Shown: positions 37,962 to 53,300 of the stretch, one piece after another
Layout of the letters: every line of letters starts with the position of its first letter
Position numbering within the stretch: the stretch's first letter is position 1
DNA from: Phoronis australis
Taxonomy: Eukaryota > Animalia > Phoronida
Reading direction: 5' to 3'
DNA length: 64,000 nucleotides
Assembly: GCA_002633005.1 (NCBI GenBank)
Contig: NMRA01000011.1
Coordinates: forward strand, 966,855-1,030,854
Notes under the pieces: generated by a model
What the model was told of the DNA's origin: nothing
The model's database searches: none
What the model saw: the letters and a program-made list of their open reading frames with translations, nothing else
Translations under genes and position numbers: made by a program

Positions 37962-38249
37962 GGGGTATGTTTCATGAAAAGTGACTTAATTTCAATCAGG
38001 TCAGAAATTTGGTCTTACACTCCAGGCAGCTATTTCTGAAAAATAATTAATTTCTCATTTGTGCAAAAGTCCAAAGTCTCTGAGAATATACACACACATA
38101 AATGCTACTTAAGAGACAATTTTTCAAATTATTTTTAAACTGTGATGCGCTCAAAATACTTGACTGAAGCTTTTTTCAAGAATTGTGAAGTGGAAACGTA
38201 AGACGCATTTCTGTTTGACGTCTTGATGCACTTTCATGAAACGAACCCC
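37962..38249. mobile_element. MITE-like element in the USH1G-like 3' UTR region
   Basis: GGGGTATGTTTCATGAAAAGTG / CACTTTCATGAAACGAACCCC inverted termini; TSD not evident. Confidence 0.5.
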
Positions 38250-38394
38250 ACGACTCATAACAATAAGCTTAACAATTATTAACGCTGCGCTCTGATGCCA
38301 TATACAACACGTCATCACAAACTTAAAAAATCTGGTTTTCTCTTTCGTGAGCATCTTGTTATATTCTTTGGTAACGAGAGGCATATTAAGGCAC

Positions 38395-41300
38395 TCATAA
38401 CTGTGTGTCTTCTATAGACGTGTCACTTTGTAGGACCTCTTTTCTCCGGCAGACACCATCAATGATCTTTCGCCGTGGCCCCAGAGGCAGACCGATTTCC
38501 TTCAAGTCGGCATCAGAACATAGCATTAGCGCTTCCAAGTCGATCTTTTCTTTGGTCAATAGCGTCAAATACTCACTCATTCCGTGTGCCGCCAGAAACA
38601 CTTCAAGCGAAGAATTCTCATGAATTTCTTCATCGTCGTCTAGTTCAGCAATCTCATCCTCGTCCCATGGCACAATTTTTTGAATTCGTTGAGCCAAACT
38701 TCCAACCGTCCCTATGCTAGTAACGTCTGCTCCGCGGTCATTATTTGAATGACCATTGGTGGCATCGTGATTCTGGCCATTGACCGCATCACTACATGGT
38801 AAATCATCAATTCCATCATCATCATTGTTGTTGTCTTCGATTTCTGACGGTAATGAACGCAATGTCTCCACGTTCCTCAGGAAAGAAATAGCACCAAGGC
38901 CAGGCCTGTTGAAAATAGACCCAGGATCATGTTGATCATTTTGGTAATTCATATCAGGCACACTCATGGCCACAGAGGCCTCACTAGTCGTATCAAACAA
39001 ATCATCGCTCAATCCCTTCCTCGTTCTGTTATTGTCTTGAACGTACAATACTTCCGAGTCCCTGCGCACCGTCAGGCCAGACAGAGATGTGACACTTCTC
39101 TTACCACCATCACTCACGGTGCCCACTTTGAAATCACCGCTATTTCTCTCACTTTTCTTCTTACTCATGATTTTCTTCGATGCTCCACTTCTCCCTGTCC
39201 CATTGAACAACTTGCTGACTCTGTTCCCCGCAGCAGAACCTGTCGTTCCCACGTAGTCTGAGTACATCTTTGGTTGGTGGCGACTTGTCCATGTGTTAGG
39301 TACATGATTGACGGATCCTCCGTGACCATTCTTAAGATAGCCCCCATTAGAGGTCGCCTCCGGTTCATCGCCGTTTACGACATTCTGCTCTGGCACGGTC
39401 TTAAGACTTGTGATGGACATTCTCTTCATCATTTTCATTTCCTCCTTTTCTGCTTTTTTCTGCGCCTTTGCTGTCAGTTTGGCGTACTCTTTGATTCGTT
39501 TCTCAGCTGAAACAACCGCTTTCTCTTTAAGTTTCTTCACATAGCTCTTATTTAAGGCGGCCTGTTTGGCAATGACATCATCAAGAAAGCGGACTATTTC
39601 CAAGCGGTCATTGAGCGACGCAGCTTCCAGACACGTGTGAAAGTCATTGTCAAGAGCCCACAAGTTTGCACCAAACGAGACGAGATAGCTGACACAATTC
39701 ATATGACCATTCTGGCAGGAGAAATGAAGAGCGGTGTTGCCCACGTAATCACATTTGTCAGGATTCCCTCTGAAAATAGAGAAAAGCAGAACATTAGAAT
39801 GACAGTGAACTTAACAGTCAGGTGAATGTGCTGAGCACCACAGAAGGTGTAGATCTAAACATTTTAAATGAAACTTATCGTCTCTCTCTAGTGGAAGACT
39901 GTGTGTAACACAAAACCCAATATGTCAACTAAATCATGTTCTTGTAAATCCAGTAGTAAGGACCACTTTTAAACTAGCACAAATGAACTTTCCAGCAATA
40001 AGTCCAGCTGAGCTACACTTTGTCCACAGTGTAATCAGACATAACTAGAAATGCTTAAGAGCAAAATTCTCTACAACACAAGTCAGTACAAAGAACAGCA
40101 TTTTAAAATTGCACAGTAAGAATGTACCATCTGATAAATTAGTTAACGTGTAAAACATTTTATATTTGATACTTAAATTAGAACATGACACAACCGAAAA
40201 TATAATATAAAATAGAATGATCCTTAATGTGATTTAGCCCAAGCCAAAGACAGACTAAAAATAACAAAAATGGTCACAAGGTGGCACACCATACATAGAC
40301 TCTATTCAAAAATGGGAATACGTCATTTTCGATTTAATGGAAACCTGTTAACCATGCTACCTGAAAATCAGTCAATGAACTCCCGAAGACACGGAGGGAA
40401 ATGTAAAACAATAAAATTGACACTAGGGGGAAGAGCATACTCGTCTGTCGGAAAGTTGTCATCTTCCGTTATCAGTATTCTTAGAAACACACCAAAGAAA
40501 TTTAACAAAGATCCTACAAGAGGTTTACGAGATACAGATCAGAAAAAACAAAGCTGCCACTAGGGGAGCCACAGCAGTCAGAGTTGCCAAAAACCATAAT
40601 AACAATAACAATAATAATAGTTTAATACAATGGCCACTTCTTGGTGTACAATACACTGAATGCAACCAAAAATGGCAAGGTGTCATAGTTTATTTAATAA
40701 AAACGTATATGCCAAATTTCAAGAAAATTCATCAAGTAACTCTAAAGATACAGAGGAAAACATTAAAAAATTAATGGCTGATAGCGAAGTGGACGCCACA
40801 GACAGACTTGAAAACAGTAAAAACGGTCACTATGTGGAGCAGAATATGTTGAATCTATCCAAATACGAGAAGGTGGGGTCAAGTCATTGGTCAATACCTA
40901 TTTGCCACCTTTCACGAAAATCTGTCAATTAATTTCAAACAAATAGAGGCAAACGTAAAAAACAACAAAAATTGCCACAAGGAACACACATGTAGTCGCA
41001 GCCGTTTGAAAATGTGCTCATGGAGTACCATCCATGAAGAAACTGCATCAGTCTCCAAAATTTAACAAACATCCACCTGGGGCTTTTAGAAATACAACAC
41101 CAGATGGGGAATGCCAGATGCACAGGTGGACGGATGGAAAAGAAGGCATAATACTAGGTGTACAAAAATGACTTGCTGATACTCAATGAATTCCATGGTC
41201 AGGTGATTTAAGTTTGAAGATAAAGCATCATTCAGTGAAACAACGGTAACACACAACTGTTTGTTTAAGAAGGCGTTCCACATGTCTTTATCTGAGTTAA

Positions 41301-44300
41301 AAAAAGGTCTAGATATCTAGATACATGAGTAAGACACCTAGTGTCGATATGATAAAATGTCACTGTGCCAGAACATAAAAAACTCATGTTAAAGAATGGT
41401 ACCATGATCGTAATAGCATGGCTCCATTAAATCATTTGGAATGTATTTTATGCAGGATAGACACGAATCAGTTCCATTGCACACTGTTGGTATACGTTAT
41501 CAGCTAACGTAGGGATAGTTACACAGGAGATAAGACAAGCTCAGAGCTAATAGCGTTATCAATGAGCATTCAGCTTCCGTTACCAATTGCAAGATTCTAC
41601 GTGGTCAAAGTATTTGTTTTCAAGGTGTGACTGCATGTGTGCACTTAGTGTGAGGCTCCACTGATTGAGGGCATCATCCAGCAGGACACCAGCCTGGCAG
41701 TATACATAACGCCCGCACACCACTATAGATTAGTATCCAAATGAACCTCTAGCTACCAGTATTTAACACATCCATGTAGACAACAACTACAGACATAAAT
41801 TAAGGACTGAGCAAAATTATTATTTTTTGTACCCAACCAAAGATCACCATTAGTTTCAATGAATAACATTTTACAAAAACTAATTAACTTTTAATTTTAA
41901 CAATCTTATTTGCCAAACTCATATCGGGCAACTTTAAAGCACAAACACAAAATTCAAACGTTGGTTGTGTTTCTATGTTTCTCATCCTCATTTACATAAT
42001 TTATGCGCCTGGTTGGCCGGAGTGGCTACCCGACTTGGCAGCACCCACGTCTTTGCACTTTCTAGCCACTAGGGGCGCTAGTTTCAGCCTAGGCACTTAC
42101 AGAATTCTTACTCTTTCCCTATCAAATTTTTGGTTTAAATGCTCGCTCTACCGCGACAACACAGAACAACTGATTTCTGATTTCCTCTCCCTGTCCTACA
42201 TACATTGATGAAAGGCCATCATAGAATGGTACATTATAAGGGGGAGGAAGGAAAAGACACTGATCAGGCACCCCCATAAGGTCATTTATACAAAAACTTC
42301 AAAACTGAAATTTAAAGAAAATTCTAGAACAGCATTTAGTTGTGATGTGAATTTGGCACAGATGATTGTGTGTAACAGTAAATCCTAGACATTAATTTAT
42401 CAACAGTGATCATACATTACATATGACTCACTAAGGAAAATTATCACTCATTAGCTTGGAATTCGATTTATTAGACAGCCACTTCAATAAATCAATAGTT
42501 AGAACAAACAATAGAAATCTTGAATCAAAAAAAATATTGATTTACATGAACTCCAGTGAACCTGAAATTGATCAAACCAGATTTTTCGTAGTACACTTCG
42601 AGGGTGAATTTTTCATCGTAAGGAAATCAGTAATAAGACAAAAATCGGAAATACTGTTCCTATGTTCCTATCATTTTCAGCCATACCAGTCATTTTCATT
42701 TTCCATATCCAAGGCAAAAGGAAGCAGAGGGGGGGACTGTTTTACCAAAGTCCCGTCCACACACAGCTAACCCCAGAACAACTTTAATTAGTGCAACTTA
42801 CCCCACTTTTGAGTGGAACGTCCAGACACATAATCTGGTAACTAGGTATGGCCGAAGTTGTCATTGAGTGCATGACAATGAACAGCTAATTTGAATACCG
42901 TACATGGTGCAAAAGAAGATTAGTCTTGACGTAACCTGCAATTGATAATTGCTTCTGCCTTGCTCTGGGTTTGCGACCACACTAATTAGAAGTTATCCTA
43001 AAAAGTTACCCAACCTCAAAAGGTAGAGTGAGTTCTTACGAGTTGGGTAAGTTGCACTAGTTTATATAGCGTCCACACAGCCTCCAAACATAGCGACAAC
43101 TCATTCCAGGAGAAACTTGTTCAAGGGCAAGCCTAAGGGTGAACGGCACTTGAGACCATATGTCTGTGCCTCCCGACAAATCTTAGTTTCTTGCAGACCT
43201 CATCTCTGCAGTGCGGACGTAAGCATAAAAATAAAAATCTAACATGATTTTACAAGTCAGAGCCGGTTTCACTAATAAGTCAAAACTTTAATTCCCTTTA
43301 ATTGGGACCACAGCATGAAGGTAATACTCTACTTTGTGTTACACAACACTAAGGCTTACCAGCAAAATGAGATTTATAATGCACAGTAAAAAACAAGTGT
43401 TAACATGTTTTTAACAAAGTCCCACTTTTTAATACTTGATAACAGCCTGCAGATAACAGATTGTAGTAGTCACATGGTTTATTATAAATTTAGGACAGCA
43501 CCTTCTAAGTTTTCTCAATCCTTGTCTTTTTCACCTCATACAGTCCTTTACGATAAAAATGTCAAAAGAAAAATAATTTTTAATAATTCAATTTAACTGA
43601 ATTGAATTTCTACACTGATCAATGAAAAAATATACGAAAATGATAACATTCCTGATGCATCATTCCAGCACTGTAGATGTCTAAGACCTTTAAAAAGTTT
43701 TCTTCACCCATTATTTCTACCTACACCTATTAAACAAACTATTAACTTCCTCTGGCTGGCAGCTGGAACCCAATACCCATAGTTCCCCAGAAATCTTAAT
43801 TAAGGTGACAGCAGGGGTTATCATGGCTTTCCTAGACACTATCTGCCTTTTCTAATTTCTAGGATTGAACTTTGACACTTGTCTTGGGGTGGATCTTAAG
43901 ATAACTAATACCTGGGTCAGGAAAAAGCCCTAGGATTTGGATAGGATATACCTGAAACGAAAATCATCAAGTCTAGTGTTGACAATAAAAATATATTACA
44001 ATCTCTGCCACAACTAAATCAAAGTTACACAGGATTTCACGACACATCAGTGCGCTAGGCCAAATGTCTACAAAAGTATAGAATTTACATCTATAAAAGT
44101 AAAAAAATTTCCTGAAAGTAGAAAGCTTCTAGAATTTTGATTCTAACTTTACACCAACCAGTCACTAAATGGGTCATGTGACCAAGTCTTTTAGTAAAAT
44201 GTATCAAAAAGGTGCATTTGTTGCTAATTTATCACTAAAATGACCAAATTTCATTTGATATACATCTTCAAGACGAAATCTCAAAACATCTGTTAATTTT

Positions 44301-47300
44301 CTAAAATATGCTGGCAACTTCATTTTTGTTTTATTCAACATTGTTACCAGTACCAATGAAACAATTTTTTTGCCAGATGAGCATACTGAGTTTTCGCCAC
44401 CAGTGGGGAATAAACAAAACCAAGCAAAGTGATGATTGAAATCTAATTTAAAAAATAGTCATGGCATTGAAACCTGAAATGGGGATTTATTTACAACATT
44501 TAAGAGCCATAAGTACAATTTGGATCTCTACTTGAGAAGCTCCTGGTGTGGCTAGATTTATGACTACAGAGATAAGTCGCACTGCCCTCTGGTGCATAGG
44601 TGGTAGACAAGAATCAAAGACAAACCATCTTCAATTTGACATTGAGGCTGCTGTAAAATACTGTTCCGATCTTTAAAGTCTACTCCATAGCTGGCTAACT
44701 GCTGGTCTTAGCAGGAATTTTGGCCAAACTGAAATTTCATGAAATGATACTAAGCCCATGATAACATTCCGAAATACGAAAACGTGGACATATCTCTAGG
44801 TTCCTAAATAATGGCGTTAAAGAATAGGTCAGAAAAGTAGGTAATATTTCGCTTAAGGCTACAATCTATTCTCTTGTTCAAAAGATTAAATGAAAAACAG
44901 ATCAGATTACTTCACAAATGTTGTAACATGGAAACAACTCATTTGCAACGGAGCTCGGGATTTTCTCAATGAACAGATGTTTTGTTACATCAAAGTATCA
45001 AGGAAATGCATCATAGTACTGATGGTCACTACATCCATGACGTCTGATAACAAACGTGTTGTGCAGGAGCCAGTCTATAACTAAAATAACCAATCAACAG
45101 AGGACAAGTATTTGAGAATATAACTGAGCAGATGACGTACAAATGACAGCAATAATATCAAGAATCTGCAGATTTTAAAAAATGTCTGCCTCTCAGTTTC
45201 GCCACCTTCCTTCTTTGCCGTTATCTGTTAGACAACATCCAGGCCCCAAGTGACTTTAAAAGGTACAAGAAGCCTAAACCTATCAGATAAGAGCGATAAT
45301 GTCAGAAATTTACAGCATGTTAACCAGACATGATATCAGGAAACAAGGTGAACATTTATTGCTGTCTGCAGTACACCTATATCAAACTGTTGGCATTCGT
45401 TGCTTTCCCATTAAAGGCAAAACATCGCATTTACCAAAGTTTCGGTGAGTGGGAAAGGTTAACTCCAATAGCAATAACGTGCAAGCAAAACTGAAAATAG
45501 TGGGATTTAAAAGCGAAGCTTTGGTACCCATTGAAACTTCGGTGTAGTAGGAAAAGTCAGAGTGAAACTTTGCCAAAGTTATCAGCAGAGGTGGCAACAA
45601 TATACAAGCACGACAAGACTCGTAAAATGTGTTCTTTATTATTGTAGCGTAGCCAACGTGCCCTCAATAGATGGACGTAAATAAATAAAAGAAAACATAT
45701 CTGATGAAGAATGACAGTGACCATACAACACTCTCGTAAATGACAGGAGAATAATTTTCAGTTAGCCTTCAACCCATTTCTCCATATTCGTTTGAAAGTA
45801 CGAATGAACTCTGTCGTCTGGTATCTTAGCGATAACTTCCATATTACAGACTAGTTGGAAAGGTAAGTGAAGTTTCAGAGAAGCTTCGGTGAACCGAAGT
45901 TCCCCCAATGGGAAAGCACCTAGAGAAATCTTCATTCAAGAAAAAATATACTGATAGTTCTGAAACAGACGTATATGCAAAAACACTATAGATAAAGCAA
46001 TTTGAATTTCAATTCAAACAAAACGTAAAACTCCAGCATTTTAAAAATGTATTTTCCGTTATGGTCCAATAATTGACAGATATCTTTTAGCAAGTGTGAA
46101 CATATTTGGTTCTCGATTCACTCAAACACGAGTATTAATAAATACTGAATGAAACCACGAATAAACAAAATCAATCTTTAGTTTTCTCAGAAAATAGGGT
46201 TAAAACGAAAAAGATTCCAATCATACCAAATCATGTTTTGTTCAAATTGGTAGCTTCTAGAAATTAAGAGTTCAAAGGTACGAACAGCTTAAAGAAATAA
46301 GTTAGACAGGCACCTTGTTGGGAACATTTATGAAAACGGAGTGACCAAACTGTAGTTTGCAGCCCTTGGACCAAGTCCGTCATCATAGCCCTTCAGTGAC
46401 CTGCTGCTCCTAAACATAAGTTATTAGTGGACACAGTTCATCCATAAGTAAATGGTCATATTTGCATAACAATCCAACCTCTAAAGACAAGCTGTTAGTG
46501 TTTGGTATATGGATTTTATCAAGACATGTTGTGCTGAAAAGACCCAATGGTTTCCAAACAGTTAAATAAATTTTTATCGCTGATTTCCAAGCAACTTTAT
46601 CACCATAGATAAGGCATCAGCATACACTTGCAACATTCACACACACACACATTCTATGAATGACAGTTCACAAGGAGTTAAAGGTGGGTTTGAAAATAAC
46701 AAAATATGATAATGATGAGGGAGCAGGGGGGAGGGGGGGGACAATGTGAGTTTTGCAACTCCGCAATGCTGAAATGTTCAATGTAAACTGATTCACTGAT
46801 ATCCAATAATTCTGAGTCGATACAAGGCACTAAGTTTGTTTCCAGTTTTTAATCTTAAACTGATATATTGAAAACTTTGCTCACTCTCCTTGATTATCAA
46901 TCAGTCAAAAACACGGCGAATTTTCAGAAAATGCAGTTGTACTCACTTTAAAAATAGGCTAACATTCTTACCACTTTTGCCACAAAAAATGTCAGTGTCT
47001 TTAACCATTCACAAATGCGGGCCTAAGAATATCAATAATAGTAACAGGGGTCCAGCATTTTGAAAAACCAGTTTTCTCCAAGGAATAACAGGCATCAAAC
47101 TGGTTCTCTGAAAATCCGGGGCCACTGTAAGCGACTATGTATTGCCAAAATATCAAGGAGTGTGAGCCGTACCACAGACCACCACAGACCATGTGGAGCA
47201 GCCTCACATCCTTTGTTCTCACACCTGCAGCTGATGTTCTCCCAACAAGTTTTGCATGTTCAATGTGATTCACTAATGTAACAAGCAATCATTAATGTGG

Positions 47301-50300
47301 TGAAAGACAGAAAACTTACTGGTGCTCTTGTTAAGATATGAGCAAGTGCTGTTTCACTGATTACCGCTATTTCACTGTTTACCAGCGTATATTTAATTAC
47401 TATTACCTTATTTGCCGAGTCCAAGATATCATTGCATGTTTAATTAGCCCAAAATTAAATTATACTCTTTCTCCTTCTTCTTAGTTAAAAACTTCACCAA
47501 TGCAAACACATCCACTGTAAACTTATTCTAAAATGATGCTTGTTCAACACATTCATCTAACATTTTTAAACAAACCAGTATTAAAAAGGAATTTTCAAAA
47601 CAATTTTTGATTTTCTGGTGGGGAACCAACAAAATGGTTGCCACAATTGAACAGCATTAAACTTCACTTTTAGTAAATGACAAGATAAAACTTAAGTACA
47701 CCTACTCCTATAATTTTCTACATGTTCCTCTTACAGTGATGTCTCGTTATTGATGAAACTCTTTATGTGTACTAAACTGGAGAAAATAAAGGAAAGTGCA
47801 TCTTTAAAATACCACTTTTGTTGATGAGCGTCACGTATAGTTGTCCAGATCACAGCTCTCTATGCATATTTTTAAACAATCTATGGCTGAACCACTGATC
47901 TTGCATAGATTATCACAAGTTTCACGATAAACAATGCTATGAGTCAATGTCACATGAAATTACACTGAATGTGAAAATTAAACATTTTAGGATAGCCTAA
48001 TAGTCAAACTGCTCCTCTGCCACCACACTGGTCTAGAGTTCAGTAACGCTAGGGCCTTGCTAAAAACCAGGACTTTGCGAGATTACGTGCGATACTGACT
48101 TGTATTTTAAACGAGGACACGTGATTTTGGCCAGATTTCAACGAGGTCCTAGCATTACTGAACTCTATCCTGTTCAACAACTGGTTTGTGCTACAGCACA
48201 TCCAACAAACCGTGAATAAAGGGGAACACTGAGTCAATACACAGATGTCATACCTGATAAACAGTACCAAATGGATCTCAACAGGTAAATCACTACTTGC
48301 ACACTTCGGCAAAAATAATTGTTGTGCATTGTTCTTTAGGACACAATGCCTCGTTTCAGCATCAATTTTAACAAAGCAAATGTGAAATCTCGCACGTTCC
48401 AAACATGCAGAATCATCGTAGTTTGGACACAACACCCCATCTTCAAGCATAATGTTGAATTGATACAAGTAGTGAATTACCCCAAGGTATTGTCACTTCT
48501 AGCTACATTCACAGCAATACGGTCACTGAGTTCATGCATACTTTATTAGTTTTGTGTTGTAACAGTTAGCCCCCACATTAACAGCTAAAGTGCTTGATAT
48601 CTTTCAAAGCCTCAGATGGCATGAAAAGGGCCCCTTAGGACATGTTTTAAAAGTACACCTATCTTATGATTAAACACCTGCTTTTTGGAAGGCATATCAT
48701 TTTAACCACCAACGTGAATTCAAGTGCAGATAAAACCATTTTTAAATCTTCAACTCCTATTCAAAGACGAAGCTTGCATAAAATGCACATATGTCCAACA
48801 GTTTAAAAAACAATGAAAAATTTACGGCCAATTTTCAGTTAGTTTTGTGCTATTTGTTGTCTGCTTTGCGTCCAAGTTTTCACAATAACTTAGAGGAAGC
48901 CAATCAAATTTTGATGAATTTTGTATACTTTCATAAGTGCTTCATATTGAACTCCTTTCTTGAGCGCATTTAACAACATGCAATTATAGAGTAAAATGTA
49001 AACAAAGAATTTCTTGGAAATAGTACAGCACCCAAATAATCTCTTAATCTCTGAGCCATAAATTTTGTTGATAGCTCCAGATTTCCAAACATGACACTGA
49101 AACTCCCCAACAAAGCACACACCAAATTAAACAGATTTAACACATTTTATTGATTTCAAACTTGACATCATTTTAAAGATCGCTTTAAATGAAGCCATAT
49201 GTTAAGAAGGCAAATGCGCACGTACTGAAAATGACACCTGGTGCATTAGTAAATAAAGGTATTCTATTGACTTATAATTAAAAAAACATATTTCCATATT
49301 TTTGCAAAAGTACTGAAGTTAAAAACACATGCAGAAGAACAATCAGCACCATTCTCCACTTTGTCAAAACCACAGTCACAGAGCCAAAACAGCACGAACA
49401 GCTCGTCCCAAGACCAAGTAATCCTCGTAGACTATAAAGTTATGGAATGTGATATCTGAGATGCAATGTGATCAACTTCAGTACAAGAGAACATGTAACT
49501 CTGGGTATATCTTGTTCAAAGTTACTACGGAAACAATGATCAGTAGTCAGCATTCAAGGTTTATTAATTAACAGAACGATGTGCCAAATGTCAACACAAG
49601 AAATGTGAAAAAGTGAACAAAAAGTCTCCAATTTGAGATAAAAATAATAGCTAAAATTGTAATGTTAACAGCTTGAATAAATTTTATCAATTCAAATTAT
49701 GTACAGTACCAATTCAAGTGCTCACTTTTTGATATTTGACAAGTGAGTATTGATAGCTTCAAACAATTTTGTGCACCTTACAGACACGCACATGTACTGT
49801 GAACTCTGCACCAGTCCAGGCCGTAATCACAAAAAACGCTCTAATTTGAACAGATAGCGAAGCAATAAACAGGCTATACCCAACTAGTCACATGACATCG
49901 ACAACAAAATTATTCACAGACCTCATGTACACCAGCACTCGTACAGTTTACGAGTTACAGTTTGTTCTCTAACCCGACCACTCCACGGCAACAACCACGC
50001 GAGTTCTAGCAACTGTTAGTAAAAGCAATTTTTTCTGGGAACAAACAGCGCCTTGGCTCAATCTTAAACCAGCAAAGGTGGCGATTTAATAACACCATGG
50101 TCAGCGCTAAGGAAGAAAGTTCTTTAATCTCGTATGCATATTGAATGTAATCTGCTGGTACACTTTAAAATGCATCAATTTAAATGGGCAAATGTGTAAA
50201 TTAATCCCTTAAATCATTTTCTTGCAAAATAATTTACACTTTTTAGTCTGGTCATTCCATGTGTCACTCACAATTATTAAAAATAGTCCACACAGTGTAA

Positions 50301-53300
50301 ACAGTACTGTACCTTATTGGCACACCTTTGGAAAATCAATTGACTTATATATGTGAAAGCTACAACAGCTTTTCAATCACACAACTCATTCACCTTCAAA
50401 ACAAAAGACATATTTTGATTAGTTCTTTTGCACATCACTTTATTTTTCTCACGAAAACAGCTATTTGATCTTGACATCAGTTAAAAATGTCACCTGTTAA
50501 CGCACTGTAGTCAAAACTTGAAAATTTTTCTAAAAACACCACTTGACAAAATTCTTTTACCATTGGCTCAAAACCATGCATATAAGGAGACAAAATACCA
50601 TTGTCAAATAAAGCTTTAATTGTTTACCCTTGACATAATTTCATTTCAAAGGAATTAGCAGACTATACTAAAGCCTTTAGTAAACACAATGCTGACCAGA
50701 CTTTATAACCATAATGTTATGCAAATTTAGTTATTTGCTAGTACCAAAAACCAAAGGTCAGTGCCCATTATGCAGACACTAAATACCAGAGACTGTATAA
50801 TTGATCCGGCCAATACTCCAACAAATACAGCAGAATGTCAGTGTATGGTAAACGTTATTATGCACCTCAACTTGAACTAAATGTTATTACCTGAAGCTGA
50901 ACTAGTGTCCTACAAAGAAAATGCGTCATACAACGCTCCTTATAAAAAGTAGGTAACAACTGTGTTTTGAGGGCAGACAGCGACACTAGAACCCTGAACA
51001 ACCTGCGCAATGCCTTGACAACAAAGTGAATACTGAGAAGTCCAAGTTAACACAGATTTTCTTTAACTCTGCAGCATTACATTACTGATGAATAATAGCA
51101 TGTTCTCAACAAAATTTAACATTTCAGTGTCTATAAAAAATTGAAACTTAAATACTTTTAATGATAAAAATAATAAAAACAATATTTACCAATGCTTAAC
51201 ACAAACAACATACAATTGTTATGTGCACTTAGCTTTGATTTGACCATTTAGCTCATTGATTTGACTAAAAACTAACAAGATAATTAAATAGTCTAAACTT
51301 TTGGCCATCTGGTGAATTTCATAGTTTGAATACTGAGAGCACTAGGTCAGATAATGAAACAAGACAGTTTAAAAACAAGCCATCCTACAACCCATAGTAT
51401 TCTCATAACATAGCCAAACCCCTAGCCAAATTAAAATGACAATACATTCCAAATCCATTATATAACATTTGGACCAGGTCTCAATAACAAGTTAAGGCCC
51501 ATTATCAACGTAAAAGTGGGTCGATATGCATCAAAATTTTGCTCACTTGAACGTGTTATTATTTTTAACGAAACATGAAATAAGTTATTTTATGTTATGT
51601 TTAAAAATGTGACAATATGTATTTGAACTGCATAAAATAAATTAAGCCTTGCACATGCTTTTATCATTTCAGCATTGCTCTTGACATTTCAACAAACATA
51701 AGTAAAAAAATTCCAAATTACTGATGTCGACTCAATGTCCAGCAGTTGCTCAGTGGATTACAATGAGACCATAAAGCTTGATTTAGTGGGCTGAATTAAG
51801 GGTCCTAGGAAATACATCTGATAAGACTTTCTTTACAAAACATGGTTGGAAGGCCAGACTGTTATGAAAGTACTGTCTGTATATTCTATGTTACATGTCT
51901 GAGGGAAGAGTGACTCAAATCAATTAGTTTACTTCGAAGAGAGATAATGGCCATCAAAAATCAAAACCTGCAACAACAATTTAAGAAGGGACTTTGATGA
52001 CCAATATCTGGCATTTGAGGATAAATAAACAATCTGAGATATAGTTGCCAGAGTTTTGACAGTAACAATACAGTTAAAAAGAAGTCACAAACTGTTTACC
52101 AAAACTTTTTTGCAATTTATGTTCATTTAGTAATGGTCACATGATTATTAATCAAATGTGTGAGGCTTTAAGACGTGAAATAAACATTTTCAGTCATTGG
52201 AGAATTAGAAATACTTTTAAAGGGTGAAAATGGACAGCCAAAAAGTTATTTGATGAAACGTGAAAGGACTTGTCAAAAGTTGACAATAACCTCCGCCTAT
52301 ACTCTTTCAGTTGACAAATACCGTTAGAGTACTTTGCATTCAAAATTTGAAATATAATGAGTTCTGTTATTGAACTCGAGACAATAAAGGCATGAAACCT
52401 TGCTTCAAATGACTCACAAACAACAATGCAGCCATCTTGTCAGCAAACAATCCTTATTAACATTAAACAAATACTTATTATATGCTTAGTTGTAAACCAC
52501 ACAACTTGGGTTACCGTAATGGTGCTATGTAAATGTAAGGTCTAAAACGCCCACCCTTAAACTACAAAGAACCTGTCTTCTGTCAAAACTTTTTTGATTT
52601 TAACCACATGCCATGATAAACTGGTTTCAACATTTCCCTGATAAGAATTAATTTCTAGGCCTGGACATAAATGAAAGTTATTGCTTGAGACTTTGCTGAA
52701 TAGGTTAGCTAGATAAACTAGGCTAGTTCTTTCAAAGCCTAAAAATCTCTTCTCATCTTAGTTAATAGAAAGATGAGCCCAAATGTAAACTATTAACAGC
52801 ATCAATCCAAAGTTTAGTTTTCGATAGCAGCATTAAATAGACAGTAAGAGTGAGCAATGCAACATGGAGGTCAAGCTGGATATTTTACCTGCAGCCCTTA
52901 CATCCGTTTACAACTTGAGCTCTAAGTTCTACACAGTCTATAAATGCATACCCACATGAGGTGTTATGGAACTTTCCAATGGTGCAGTAATAAGCAGGAA
53001 AAAGTCATGAATGCACACGGTCTGCTATGATGACATTCTATGTAACAAAGGACGGTGTGATAGCCAGGTACTTACAAGTAGGACGATGTTTTTAAAAATG
53101 ATTTAACCTACTAAATCCAGCTAATCAGTGTTTTCAATTGCCAATAACAAATACCACAACAAAACCCTGGCATAAAAAAGTCATCAATCACACTATGGCC
53201 CTTTGTACAAAAGATGTCCGATATTGCTATGCCTGGATGTCCTATAGCAATATAGATGATGTTTCATGCATATCACACATACACAAAATGAAAATCATAC

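Noticed and set aside
42005-42095. Possible tRNA-derived SINE head
   Set aside because: A box-like TGGCCGGAGTGG present but no convincing B box, tail or TSD.
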